Source: Lactobacillales bacterium (GTDB lineage Bacteria > Bacillota_I > Bacilli_A > RF39 > UBA660). From it: DNA of 64,000 bases. Position numbers and translations under genes: made by a program. The number at the start of each line of letters is the position of its first letter. Position 1 is the stretch's first letter. Below the pieces are notes generated by a model, which saw only the letters and a list, made by a program, of their open reading frames with translations, was not told where the DNA came from and did no database searches. Shown here one piece after another: positions 1 through 9,750 of this stretch. Where the stretch lies: NCBI GenBank assembly GCA_015059545.1, contig SVAG01000001.1, forward strand, positions 64,970-128,969. Direction: 5' to 3'.

Positions 1-102
1 TTTAATTTAAAAGTAAATTATGATTTTACAAAAGACGTAGATAAAGATTATTTTATAACTGAAGTTATAGATTCAATAGAAGAAACACAAAAGATTAAAT
101 AA
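1..102 (+). CDS. 3' end of an upstream gene (partial, enters from before the window)
   Basis: Open frame from nt 1 to TAA at 100-102 (…VIDSIEETQKIK*). Family not recognisable from 33 residues. Confidence 0.3.
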   Translation, partial: FNLKVNYDFTKDVDKDYFITEVIDSIEETQKIK

Positions 103-173
103 TTTATTTAATCTTTTTATTGTTAACTTAAAAAAATAATAGTATAATAATTGACGTATAAAGAGGTGTAATT

Positions 174-2048
174 ATGAATTATGAAATAATTGTTGTAGGA
201 GGAGGACATGCAGGTTGTGAAGCCGCACTTGCATCTGCTAGAAAAGGGCATAATACTTTATTAGTAACAGGAAATATAGAAAATATAGCAGATATGCCAT
301 GTAATCCATCTATAGGAGGAAGTGCAAAAGGAATAGTAGTTAGAGAAATAGATGCCTTAGGTGGAGAAATGGGAATTAATGCTGATAAAGGATTAATTCA
401 AATAAAAATGTTAAATAGTGGAAAAGGTCCAGCTGTTCAAGCATTAAGAGCTCAAGCAGATAAAGTAACATATCCTAAAGAAATGTTAAAAACTTTAAAA
501 AACACTAAAAATTTAGAAATAAAAGAAGGAATGGTAGAAGATCTTATAATAGAAGATAATAAAGTAAAAGGGATTATTTTAGAAGATGAAACTAAAATTA
601 CTTCAGAAATAGTAATACTAACAACAGGTACATATTTAAAAGCAGATATAATGGTAGGAGATACTAGAAGAAGAGAAGGTCCACATGGAGAGAAACCATC
701 AAATCATTTAAGTGACAATTTAAAAAAATATGGATTAAAAATTATAAGATTAAAAACAGGAACTCCTCAAAGAATAGATAAAAATTCAATAGATTTTTCT
801 AAAACAAAAGAAGAATTAGGAGATAACGTACATAGAACATTTAGTTTTGATAGAAAAGCATCTTATGATATAGAAAAACAAGTACCATGTCATTTAGTTT
901 ATACTACAGAAGAAACTCATAAAATAATAAGAGAAAATTTAAATAAATCAAGTATGTATGGAGGACTTGATGATATAACAGGAGTAGGACCTAGATATTG
1001 CCCATCAATAGAAGATAAAATAGTAAGATTTGCTGATAAAGAAAGACATCAACTATTCTTAGAACCAGAAAGTTTATATTATGATGATATATATATTCAA
1101 GGTTTTTCAACATCAATGCCATACGATGTACAAGAAAAAATGGTCCATTCTATAAAAGGACTTGAAAATGCTAAAATACTTAAATATGCCTATGCAATAG
1201 AATACGATGCGATATATCCAACACAAATGAAATTATCATTAGAAAATAAAATAATCGAAAATTTATTTACAGCAGGACAAATAAATGGAACAAGTGGATA
1301 TGAAGAAGCTGCAGGACAAGGTTTAATTGCAGGAATAAATGCATCATTAAAATTAGAAGGAAAAGAACCACTAATCCTAAAAAGAAATGAAGCATATATA
1401 GGAGTATTAATAGATGATTTAGTAACAAAAGGAATAAGAGACCCATATAGATTACTTACATCACGTGCAGAATATAGATTATTACTTAGAAGTGATAATG
1501 CAGATTTAAGATTAAGAGAATATGGTCATCAAGTAGGATTAATAGAAGAAGAAAGATATAATAATTATTTAAATAAAATAAAACAAATAGAAGAAGTAAA
1601 AGAAATATTAAATAATAATAAAATTACACCAACAGAAGAAGTAAATAGTTATCTAGAAAAAAATCAATCATCAATTTTAAAAGATGGTATAACATTATAT
1701 AATCTACTTAAAAGAACAGAAATAAATATGGAAAATGTAAAATATTTTATAGAATTAGAATATGATGAAGAAATATTAAATCAAGTAGAGATAGATATAA
1801 AATATGAAGGATATATTAAAAAAGCAGTTCAAGATGCAGAAAAAATGGTAAAATTAGAAAATAAAAAAATTCCAAAAGATATAGATTATTCAATAATTCC
1901 TAATATAGCAAGTGAAGCAAAACAAAAATTACAAGAAGTAAATCCTGAATCATTAGGACAAGCCTTAAGAATAAGTGGAGTAAATCCAAGTGATATTTCA
2001 ATTTTATCTGTTTATTTAAAAAGAAATTATAAAAATGAATCAAAATAA
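174..2048 (+). CDS. mnmG: tRNA uridine 5-carboxymethylaminomethyl modification enzyme MnmG (GidA)
   Basis: 624 aa. N-terminal FAD-binding GGGHAGCEAA motif, typical GidA length, followed by rsmG. SD AGAGGTG upstream. Confidence 0.95.
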   Translation: MNYEIIVVGGGHAGCEAALASARKGHNTLLVTGNIENIADMPCNPSIGGSAKGIVVREIDALGGEMGINADKGLIQIKMLNSGKGPAVQALRAQADKVTYPKEMLKTLKNTKNLEIKEGMVEDLIIEDNKVKGIILEDETKITSEIVILTTGTYLKADIMVGDTRRREGPHGEKPSNHLSDNLKKYGLKIIRLKTGTPQRIDKNSIDFSKTKEELGDNVHRTFSFDRKASYDIEKQVPCHLVYTTEETHKIIRENLNKSSMYGGLDDITGVGPRYCPSIEDKIVRFADKERHQLFLEPESLYYDDIYIQGFSTSMPYDVQEKMVHSIKGLENAKILKYAYAIEYDAIYPTQMKLSLENKIIENLFTAGQINGTSGYEEAAGQGLIAGINASLKLEGKEPLILKRNEAYIGVLIDDLVTKGIRDPYRLLTSRAEYRLLLRSDNADLRLREYGHQVGLIEEERYNNYLNKIKQIEEVKEILNNNKITPTEEVNSYLEKNQSSILKDGITLYNLLKRTEINMENVKYFIELEYDEEILNQVEIDIKYEGYIKKAVQDAEKMVKLENKKIPKDIDYSIIPNIASEAKQKLQEVNPESLGQALRISGVNPSDISILSVYLKRNYKNESK

Positions 2049-2739
2049 ATTTATAGAAGAATTAAAAAAAATAAATATAGAATTAACAGATAAACAATTG
2101 AATGATTTAGAAATTTATTATGAAATGTTAGTAGAATATAATGAAAGAATGAATTTAACAGGTATAACTGAAAAAGACCAAGTATATTTAAAACATTTTT
2201 ATGATTCACTTACAATAATAAAAATAATAGATTTAAAAAATGAGGAAACACTTTGTGATATAGGAACAGGAGCAGGATTTCCTGGAATGGTACTTAAAAT
2301 AGTTTTTCCTAATTTAAAAATTACATTAGTAGATTCATTAAATAAAAGAATAGAATTTTTAAAAGATGTAAAAGAAAAATTAAAATTAGAAAATTTAGAA
2401 ATAATACATGCAAGAGCAGAAGAATTTGCAAGAATTAATATAGAAAAATTTGATGTTGTGACAGCTCGCGCAGTTGCTCATCTTTCAATTCTTTTAGAAT
2501 ATTCTATTCCAATGGTTAAAATAAATAAATATTTTATTGCTATGAAAGGTAATATAAATGAAGAATTAGAAGAAAGCAAAAATGCTATTAAATTATTAAA
2601 TTCTGAATTAGAAGAAGTAATAGAATTTAAATTACCAATTGAAGAAAGTACTAGAAATTTAGTAAAAATTACAAAGATTTCTAAAACAAATACTAAGTAT
2701 CCAAGAAAATATAGTGAAATAAAGAAGAAAAAATTATAA
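2035..2739 (+). CDS. rsmG: 16S rRNA (guanine527-N7)-methyltransferase RsmG (GidB)
   Basis: 234 aa. SAM-binding DIGTGAGFPG motif. Overlaps mnmG stop by 14 nt, the classic gidA-gidB arrangement. Confidence 0.92.
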   Translation: MNQNKFIEELKKINIELTDKQLNDLEIYYEMLVEYNERMNLTGITEKDQVYLKHFYDSLTIIKIIDLKNEETLCDIGTGAGFPGMVLKIVFPNLKITLVDSLNKRIEFLKDVKEKLKLENLEIIHARAEEFARINIEKFDVVTARAVAHLSILLEYSIPMVKINKYFIAMKGNINEELEESKNAIKLLNSELEEVIEFKLPIEESTRNLVKITKISKTNTKYPRKYSEIKKKKL

Positions 2740-2761
2740 TTTTTCTTTTTTTATTGAAATT

Positions 2762-2775
2762 ATTTCCCGGAAAAT
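2762..2775. promoter_or_regulatory. Noc-binding-site-like palindrome ATTTCCCGGAAAAT (13/14 match to Bacillus NBS ATTTCCCGGGAAAT)
   Basis: Read directly in the rsmG-noc intergenic region, 60 bp upstream of the ParB/Noc-like gene. Flanked by direct TATTGAAA repeats. Confidence 0.45.
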
Positions 2776-2835
2776 ATTGAAAATTAAAAAAAATTATAGT
2801 ATTATTATATAGAATAGGAAAAGGGGAAGATAAAT

Positions 2836-4500
2836 ATGAGAATGAGAAAGGAAGTTTTTATTCTTAGTATTGATGATATTTTACCAAATAGATTTCAACC
2901 AAGAATAAAATTTGATGAAAAAGCTATTTTAGAATTAGCTGAATCAATCAAAAAACATGGTGTAATTCAGCCAATTATTGTTAGAAAAATAGCAGATAAA
3001 TATGAAATAATTGCCGGAGAAAGAAGATATAAAGCAAGTGTTATTGCAGGAAGAACAACAATACCAGCAATAATAACAGATGTAGATGATAAAGAAAGTG
3101 CAGAAATAGCACTTATTGAGAATGTTCAAAGACAAGATATGACCCCTATAGAAGAAGCAATATCTTATAAAAAAATATTAGATATGGGATATTTAAATCA
3201 AACAGAATTAGCAACAAAATTAGGAAAAACTCAATCTACAATAGCTAATAAATTACGTCTTTTAAATTTAGATGATGAAGTTCAAGAAGCTTTACTAGAA
3301 GAAAGAATTTCAGAAAGACATGCAAGATCTTTATTAAAATTAGAAAAAAAAGATCAAAAAACAATATTAGATAGAATTATAAAAGAAAGATTAACAGTTA
3401 GAAAAACAGATCAAATAATAAATGAATTTTTAAATGGATCAACAGAACAAAAGGTAATAGAAATAGTTCCTACAAAAGAAGAAATAAAAGAAGAAAAAGG
3501 AGATAATATGAATAATAATTTTAATGATATGAATAATAATTTTAATATACCAACAGGAAATATAATAGATACAAATCCAGTACAACCACAACAAAATATA
3601 AATCCAGGTTTTATGGATGTTGATAATATAGCAAATAGTGCTAAAGATATAAATTTAATTCAAAATGAAGCAATTGGACAAAAAGAACCATTTAATCCAT
3701 TTGGAACACCAGTACAAAATGAAATGCCACAAATGGACCAAACATCAGTACAACCAGAACCATTTAATCCATTTAGTGCACCAATGCAAATTGAAACACC
3801 ACAAATGGACCAAGCGTCAGTACAACCAGAACCAATGAATCCATTTGGAACACCAGTACAAAATGAAATGCCACAAATGGACCAAGCGTCAGTACAACCA
3901 GAACCATTTAATCCATTTAGTGCACCATTACAAAATGAAATGCCACAAATGGACCAAACACCAGTACAACCAGAGCCAATGAATCCATTTGCACAACCAG
4001 TACAAAATGAAATGCCACAAATGGACCAAGTATCAGTACAACCAGAACCAATGAATCTATTTGCACAACCAGTACAAAATGAAATGCCACAAATGGAACA
4101 AACACTAGTACAACCAGAACCAATGAATCCATTTGCACAATCAGTACAAAATGAAATGCCACAAATGGACCAAGTACCAGTACAACCAGAACCATTTAAT
4201 CCATTTAGTGCACCAGTACAAAATGAAATGCCACAACCAATACCAGCAACAAATCAATTTGCTATGACAGATGATGATCATTTTGCACCAATGCCAAACT
4301 ATCCAATTCCAGAAGAAAAAGAATTAACACCTTTAATGCCTAATTTTGATCAACCAGTAGTAGAAAAACCAGCATTAAATATAATAATTAATAAAATTAG
4401 ACAATGTATAAGTGAAATAGAAGCAACTGGATATAAAGTAGAATTAGATGAATTAGATTTTGAAAATAATTATGAATTAACAATAAAAATAGATAAATAA
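2836..4500 (+). CDS. noc: ParB-family protein, Noc-like by position, with a long repetitive linker
   Basis: 554 aa. N-terminal ParB/Spo0J domain with the GERRYKA box and an HTH (TELATKLGKTQSTIANKL). Gene sits immediately after rsmG as noc does in Firmicutes. C-terminal dimerisation-like end. The linker holds about 7.7 copies of a 24-aa repeat (EPFNPFGTPVQNEMPQMDQxSVQP). Confidence 0.8.
   Translation: MRMRKEVFILSIDDILPNRFQPRIKFDEKAILELAESIKKHGVIQPIIVRKIADKYEIIAGERRYKASVIAGRTTIPAIITDVDDKESAEIALIENVQRQDMTPIEEAISYKKILDMGYLNQTELATKLGKTQSTIANKLRLLNLDDEVQEALLEERISERHARSLLKLEKKDQKTILDRIIKERLTVRKTDQIINEFLNGSTEQKVIEIVPTKEEIKEEKGDNMNNNFNDMNNNFNIPTGNIIDTNPVQPQQNINPGFMDVDNIANSAKDINLIQNEAIGQKEPFNPFGTPVQNEMPQMDQTSVQPEPFNPFSAPMQIETPQMDQASVQPEPMNPFGTPVQNEMPQMDQASVQPEPFNPFSAPLQNEMPQMDQTPVQPEPMNPFAQPVQNEMPQMDQVSVQPEPMNLFAQPVQNEMPQMEQTLVQPEPMNPFAQSVQNEMPQMDQVPVQPEPFNPFSAPVQNEMPQPIPATNQFAMTDDDHFAPMPNYPIPEEKELTPLMPNFDQPVVEKPALNIIINKIRQCISEIEATGYKVELDELDFENNYELTIKIDK
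3685..4235 (+). repeat. Tandem 72-nt coding repeat, about 7.7 copies, inside the noc-like gene
   Basis: Near-identical 72-nt units (gaaccatttaatccatttggaacaccagtacaaaatgaaatgccacaaatggaccaa…). They generate the spurious antisense ORF 3917..4195. Confidence 0.9.
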
Positions 4501-4576
4501 TAAAGTAAATGAAGTGTAAATATATATTTATACTTTTTTTATTATGTGCTATAATAAGAGAAAAGGAGGGTTCTAA

Positions 4577-4813
4577 ATGGAAAAAATGAAAAATGAACAA
4601 CCAAAAGTAATTTTTATAGATCCAGAAAATAAATTATATAAAATAGGATTTCAAGATGGATATGAAAAAACAAATAGAAATATAGAAAATAATTTACCAA
4701 CTGATATAGAGTTTTTAAATCCAAGAGGACCAGAAGAGTATGTTCGAGGATTTATTGATGGATCAGAAAAAGCAGTAAATGAATTAAATAATGATCAACA
4801 AAAAACTAGATAA
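4577..4813 (+). CDS. Hypothetical small protein (78 aa)
   Basis: Strong SD AAAGGAGGG 8 nt upstream of ATG. Followed by a 10-bp-stem terminator. No recognisable family. Confidence 0.55.
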   Translation: MEKMKNEQPKVIFIDPENKLYKIGFQDGYEKTNRNIENNLPTDIEFLNPRGPEEYVRGFIDGSEKAVNELNNDQQKTR

Positions 4814-4830
4814 TTAATCTAGTTTTTATT
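4801..4830 (+). terminator. Rho-independent terminator
   Basis: Perfect 10-bp stem aaaaactaga / tctagttttt with a 7-nt loop, then a T-rich tail. Overlaps the stop codon. Confidence 0.5.
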
Positions 4831-4885
4831 AAAAAAATTCTTTACTATTTTCTTAATTTTTGTTATATATAATATAGGTGATAAT

Positions 4886-6496
4886 ATGAAAAAAATAATA
4901 AAAAAAATACTTCCTTTTTATTATATTTTTATATTTTTAGTATTAATATTAGGTGGAATATTAATGTATAATATAGATCAAGAACAAAAAAAATTATTGT
5001 TAGAAATCGAAAAAAATTTAAATTTAACAAAAATAGGAGAAGAAAAAAAATTAGAATTAAAAGAAAAATATAAAAAAGAAACAATTATATATGAAGTAAA
5101 AGATGAAAAAGTAGTCAAAGTAGATAAAAATGGTAATTTAAAAAGTGTAGGAAAAGGTAGTACAGAGGTAACAATAAAAAATTCAACAGGAACAAAATCT
5201 CAAACAATTACTGTAAATGTAGGAAAAGAAGCAATAAAAAAATCATCACCAAAAAATAAAAAAACTACAACTAAAAATCCACAAAATAATAATAAACCAA
5301 CAAATAATGAACAAACAACACCACAAAATAATAACAAAACAACAAATAATCCACAAACGATAACACAAAATAATAACAAACCAACGAATAATCAACAAAC
5401 AACACCACAAAATAATAATAAACCAACAAATAATGAACAAACACTAACACAAAATGAAAATAAACCAACTCAAAATAATAATCAAAAAGAAAATAATAAT
5501 ACACAAATAAAACCAGAACAGATTACATTAGAAAATAAAAATATATCTGTAACGAATATTACCCTAAATCAAACAAAAGGTGAAATTCATTTAAATACAA
5601 ATATAAAAACAATAAATTTAAAAGCAACAGTATATCCAAGTAATGCTACTAATAAAAATATAACATGGTTAAGTAGCAATAATAATATTGCAACAGTTAG
5701 TAACGGAACAGTAACAGCAAAAAATGCAGGTGTAGTAACAATAAGTGCAAAAACACAAGATGGAAATAAAGTTGCAACAGCAACAATAACTATTAGAAAA
5801 AATATAATTGTTGTAGTAGGAGCATCACAAGTTACAAGAATGGAAAAATATAAAACAAGTTATTCATCTTCTAAATATAATTATAATGTTGCAAATAAAA
5901 CATTAATTTATGTTCAAAAAGGTGGATCAGGAATTGACTATCAAACAAATGAAGGATTTAATATAGCAAAGCAAAAATTACAAGAAATAACACAATATGG
6001 AAAATATCAAACTAATATATACATTTTTTATCCATTATCAGGAAATACAATTAGAACTTATACATGTTCTGAAATAAATAAAAATAATCAAAATATAGTT
6101 AATTATGTAAAAAATTATAAAAATACTATATCAGAATTAAGAACAAACGGTTATAATGTAAAAGGTTATGTAGTATCTATGCATCCAGTTAAAGTAAAAC
6201 AAGCAACAAATAAATATGTTGTGTCTAATGAAAATAGTAATTCTTGTAAAAAAACATATAGATCAAATAGAAAATATTATCAATTTAATAAGGTAACTAA
6301 AAATTTAGTAGAATCTTTAAAATATAAATATTTAGAATATGAACCACTTTTTATAAAAATAATGGATGTAGGTTCAGATTCAACAAAAAATTATTCCTTT
6401 AAAATGGATTATAATACAACAGATGGAGTTCATTGGAATAGTGCAACAACAAATAAATATGTAGACATGATGTTAAATTATTCTAACGATTTATAA
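4886..6496 (+). CDS. Secreted or membrane-anchored surface protein: N-terminal TM/signal, Asn/Thr/Pro-rich 14-aa tandem repeats, Big_2 (bacterial Ig-like) domain, C-terminal SGNH/GDSL-like domain
   Basis: 536 aa. Hydrophobic N-terminus (ILPFYYIFIFLVLILGGILMY). Repeats of PQNNNKPTNNEQTT. Big_2-like segment NITWLSSNNNIATVSNGTVTAKNAGVVTISAKTQDGNKVATATITI. C-terminal VVVGASQVT…DGVHW resembles SGNH blocks I and V. Confidence 0.65.
   Translation: MKKIIKKILPFYYIFIFLVLILGGILMYNIDQEQKKLLLEIEKNLNLTKIGEEKKLELKEKYKKETIIYEVKDEKVVKVDKNGNLKSVGKGSTEVTIKNSTGTKSQTITVNVGKEAIKKSSPKNKKTTTKNPQNNNKPTNNEQTTPQNNNKTTNNPQTITQNNNKPTNNQQTTPQNNNKPTNNEQTLTQNENKPTQNNNQKENNNTQIKPEQITLENKNISVTNITLNQTKGEIHLNTNIKTINLKATVYPSNATNKNITWLSSNNNIATVSNGTVTAKNAGVVTISAKTQDGNKVATATITIRKNIIVVVGASQVTRMEKYKTSYSSSKYNYNVANKTLIYVQKGGSGIDYQTNEGFNIAKQKLQEITQYGKYQTNIYIFYPLSGNTIRTYTCSEINKNNQNIVNYVKNYKNTISELRTNGYNVKGYVVSMHPVKVKQATNKYVVSNENSNSCKKTYRSNRKYYQFNKVTKNLVESLKYKYLEYEPLFIKIMDVGSDSTKNYSFKMDYNTTDGVHWNSATTNKYVDMMLNYSNDL
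5279..5490 (+). repeat. Tandem 42-nt coding repeat, about 5 copies
   Basis: Units ccacaaaataataataaaccaacaaataatgaacaaacaaca with point variants. They cause the antisense ORF artefacts at 5246..5504. Confidence 0.85.
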
Positions 6497-6505
6497 AATA
6501 AAAAT

Positions 6506-6535
6506 AAGGAAGTATATAAGCTTCCTTGTTTTATT
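6506..6535 (+). terminator. Rho-independent terminator
   Basis: Stem aaggaag / cttcctt with loop tatataag, then gttttatt. Confidence 0.6.
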
Positions 6536-6588
6536 ATATAAAAAATGTTAAAATTATTTAATAGAAAATCTAAAAAAAGGAGGTTATT

Positions 6589-8538
6589 ATGTTCAAATTA
6601 GTATCAAAATATAAACCATCAGGTGATCAACCAGAAGCAATAGAAAAATTAGTTACTGGAATAAAAAATAAAGAAAAATATCAAGTGCTTTTAGGAGCAA
6701 CCGGAACAGGAAAAACTTTTACAATTGCAAATGTTATAGAACAAGTTAATAAACCAACTTTAGTTTTAGCACATAATAAAACTCTTGCAGGACAACTTTA
6801 TGCAGAACTTAAAGAATTATTTCCAGATAATGCAGTAGAATATTTTGTTTCATACTATGATTATTATCAACCAGAAGCATATGTAGCAAAAACAGATACT
6901 TACATAGAAAAAGATGCCTCTATAAATGATGAAATCGATGAATTAAGACATTCTGCAACATCAGCTCTTTTAAATAGAAAAGATGTAATAGTAGTATCAT
7001 CAGTATCATGTATATATGGTATAGGAGAAATAGAAGAATATCAAAAGAAAATGTTAACACTAAATGTCGGTGATACAATAAATAGAGATGATATATTAGT
7101 AAAATTAATAGATATGCTATATGAAAGAAATGATATAGAACTTAAAAGAGGTACATTTAGAGTAAGAGGAGATTTACTTGAAATAATGCCTATAAATCAA
7201 CATGGAAAAGCAATAAGAATAGATTTTTTTGGAGATGAAATAGAAAAAATATATGAATATGATACAGTAACAGGAGCTATTTTAAATAGTAAAAAAAGTA
7301 TATCATTATTTCCAGCAAGTCATTTCGTAACAAGTGAAGAAAAATTAAAAAAGGCAATTGAAAATATTAAAATAGAATTAGAAGAACAATTAGAAAAATT
7401 TAAAAATGAAGATAAATTATTAGAACATCAAAGATTAAAAGAAAGAACAAATTATGATATAGAAATGTTAAGTGAAACAGGAACATGTAGAGGAGTAGAA
7501 AATTATTCAAGACATATAGCACTAAAAGGACCAGGTGAAACCCCAACAACATTAATAGATTTCTTTAAAGGTGATTTTTTATTGGTAGTAGATGAATCAC
7601 ATGTTACATTACCACAAGTAAGAGGAATGTATAATGGAGATCAAGCTAGAAAAAAAGTATTAGTAGATTATGGATTTAGATTACCAAGTGCTATGGATAA
7701 TAGACCACTTAAATATGAAGAATTTGAAAATAAAATAGATCAAATGATATGTGTTTCAGCAACTCCAGGAGATTATGAAATAGAAAAAAGCAATCATAAA
7801 ATTATAGAACAAATAATAAGACCAACAGGATTATTAGATCCAATAATAGAAGTTAAAAAATCAGAAAATCAAATAGATGATTTAATAGAACAAATCAATA
7901 AAAGAAAAGAAAACAATGAAAGAGTATTGGTTACTACTTTAACTATAAGAATGGCAGAAGAATTAACAACATATTTAAAACAATTAGATATAAAAGTAGC
8001 ATATCTTCATAGTGAAGTAAAAACACTAGAAAGATTACAAATAATAAAAGATTTAAGATTAGGAAAATATGATGTATTAGTAGGAATAAATTTACTTAGA
8101 GAAGGATTAGATATTCCAGAAGTATCACTAGTAGCAATAATGGATGCAGATAAACAAGGATTCTTAAGAAGTGATAAATCATTAATTCAAACAATAGGAA
8201 GAGCAGCTAGAAATGCAAATGGTCATGTTATTATGTATGCAGATACTATTAGTGATTCAATGAAATATGCAATAAAAGAAACAGAAAGAAGAAGAAGTAT
8301 TCAAGAAAAATATAATAAAATACATAATATAAAACCAACAACAATAAAAAAAGAAATAAGAGAAGTTATTTCAAATAATGAAGAAATAAAAGTAGAAGAA
8401 AATAAAAGATTAACAAAAGAAGAAAAAATAGATATGATTAATAACTTAGAAGCAGAAATGCGTTTAGCAGCAGCTAATCTTGATTTTGAAAGAGCAATGC
8501 AACTAAGAGATATACTATTTGAAATGAAAAGTAAATAA
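6589..8538 (+). CDS. uvrB: Excinuclease ABC subunit B
   Basis: 649 aa. Walker A GATGTGKT, helicase motifs, and the C-terminal UvrB/UvrC interaction segment (FERAMQLRD). SD AAAGGAGG. Confidence 0.95.
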   Translation: MFKLVSKYKPSGDQPEAIEKLVTGIKNKEKYQVLLGATGTGKTFTIANVIEQVNKPTLVLAHNKTLAGQLYAELKELFPDNAVEYFVSYYDYYQPEAYVAKTDTYIEKDASINDEIDELRHSATSALLNRKDVIVVSSVSCIYGIGEIEEYQKKMLTLNVGDTINRDDILVKLIDMLYERNDIELKRGTFRVRGDLLEIMPINQHGKAIRIDFFGDEIEKIYEYDTVTGAILNSKKSISLFPASHFVTSEEKLKKAIENIKIELEEQLEKFKNEDKLLEHQRLKERTNYDIEMLSETGTCRGVENYSRHIALKGPGETPTTLIDFFKGDFLLVVDESHVTLPQVRGMYNGDQARKKVLVDYGFRLPSAMDNRPLKYEEFENKIDQMICVSATPGDYEIEKSNHKIIEQIIRPTGLLDPIIEVKKSENQIDDLIEQINKRKENNERVLVTTLTIRMAEELTTYLKQLDIKVAYLHSEVKTLERLQIIKDLRLGKYDVLVGINLLREGLDIPEVSLVAIMDADKQGFLRSDKSLIQTIGRAARNANGHVIMYADTISDSMKYAIKETERRRSIQEKYNKIHNIKPTTIKKEIREVISNNEEIKVEENKRLTKEEKIDMINNLEAEMRLAAANLDFERAMQLRDILFEMKSK

Positions 8539-8564
8539 TAGTATAATTATTATGGAGGTAATAT

Positions 8565-8972
8565 ATGAAAATACCAAGAATTAAAATGATAAGATTATTA
8601 GAAAAAGCAATATATATAGTAGGATATGCACTTATATTAATAATAATGTCAGTAATATTTAATGACACTATTCAAATAGATAATAGTTATTTAGGAATAT
8701 GGGGATTATTAATATCACTAGTAATATATATATTAAATAAAACGATAAAACCAATAATAGTAAAATTAACATTACCAATAACAGGATTAACATTAGGTAT
8801 ATTTTATCCATGCATAAATGTATTTATATTGAAATTAGTAGATTTTATATTTGTAAATCATTTAACAATAAAAGGATTAGTAATACCATTCTTTATCGCA
8901 ATCTTAATATCATTAATGAATATATTAATGGATGAAATGTTAATAAAACCTATTTTAAAGAAAGGAAAATAA
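8565..8972 (+). CDS. Small multi-TM membrane protein (DUF360/YvlD-like)
   Basis: 135 aa with 3-4 hydrophobic helices. SD GGAGG. Family assignment is tentative. Confidence 0.5.
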   Translation: MKIPRIKMIRLLEKAIYIVGYALILIIMSVIFNDTIQIDNSYLGIWGLLISLVIYILNKTIKPIIVKLTLPITGLTLGIFYPCINVFILKLVDFIFVNHLTIKGLVIPFFIAILISLMNILMDEMLIKPILKKGK

Positions 8973-8973
8973 T

Positions 8974-9750
8974 ATGAATTCTATCTTTTTGAAAATTGGA
9001 AATATATATATTTATTGGTATTCAGTAATATTATTAATAGGATTCCTTTTAGGATGTTTTATAGTAATAAAAGAATCAAAAAAAATAGGAATAAACAAAG
9101 ATAAAATAGAAAATTTTATTTTTTATACAATACCAATTGCTTTAATAGGAGCAAGAATTTATTATGTATTATTTAATTTAGATTATTATTTAAAATATCC
9201 AGTAGATATACTAAAAGTATGGGAAGGTGGACTTGCTATACATGGTGGAATAATAGCTGGATTAATATGTTTAATAATATTTACTAAAAAAAATAAAATA
9301 AATATATATAAAATGATGGATATATTAGTAATAGGACTTATTATAGGACAAATAATAGGTAGATGGGGAAATTTTATGAATAGTGAAGCATATGGTCCCA
9401 TAACTTCATTAGAATTTTTAAAAAATTTATATTTACCTAAATTTATAATAGATGGCATGTTTATAGATGGTAACTATCATCATCCAACATTTTTATATGA
9501 ATCATTATGGAATTTAATTGGATTAATAATAATGTTAATAGTAAAAACAAGAAAATTTAATAGAGTAGGATATACAACATCAATATATCTTATATGGTAT
9601 GGTATAGGCAGATGTTTAATAGAATCATTAAGAACAGATAGTTTAATGTTATTTAATATAAAAATAGCGCAGTTAGTATCTATTCTATTTATAATAATAG
9701 GTATTGTGGTATTTATATATTCTAAGAAAAAAGGAGAAAAATATGAATAA
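8974..9750 (+). CDS. lgt: Prolipoprotein diacylglyceryl transferase
   Basis: 258 aa polytopic membrane protein with Lgt signature regions (VWEGGLAIHGGIIAG; GQIIGRWGNFMNSEAYG). Confidence 0.88.
   Translation: MNSIFLKIGNIYIYWYSVILLIGFLLGCFIVIKESKKIGINKDKIENFIFYTIPIALIGARIYYVLFNLDYYLKYPVDILKVWEGGLAIHGGIIAGLICLIIFTKKNKINIYKMMDILVIGLIIGQIIGRWGNFMNSEAYGPITSLEFLKNLYLPKFIIDGMFIDGNYHHPTFLYESLWNLIGLIIMLIVKTRKFNRVGYTTSIYLIWYGIGRCLIESLRTDSLMLFNIKIAQLVSILFIIIGIVVFIYSKKKGEKYE

Noticed and set aside
2728-2756. Terminator after rsmG
   Set aside because: The possible stem (agaaaaa / tttttct) is A/T-only and only 7 bp. It is too weak to call.
3917-4195. 92-aa minus-strand ORF with internal repeats
   Set aside because: It is the antisense reading of the 72-nt tandem repeat inside the noc-like gene. 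Its Val/Leu/Phe-rich periodic sequence is a repeat artefact.
5246-5504. Two overlapping minus-strand ORFs (64 and 77 aa)
   Set aside because: Antisense to the 42-nt tandem repeat of the surface-protein gene. Hydrophobic low-complexity artefacts.
1-6600. parS sites and DnaA-box clusters near the origin-proximal genes
   Set aside because: No TGTTnCACGTGAAACA-like sequence is present. The CACGTG cores at about 1461 and 34290 have wrong flanks. TGTGGATAT (8/9 DnaA box) occurs only as isolated copies at about 40862 and 42520, with no cluster.
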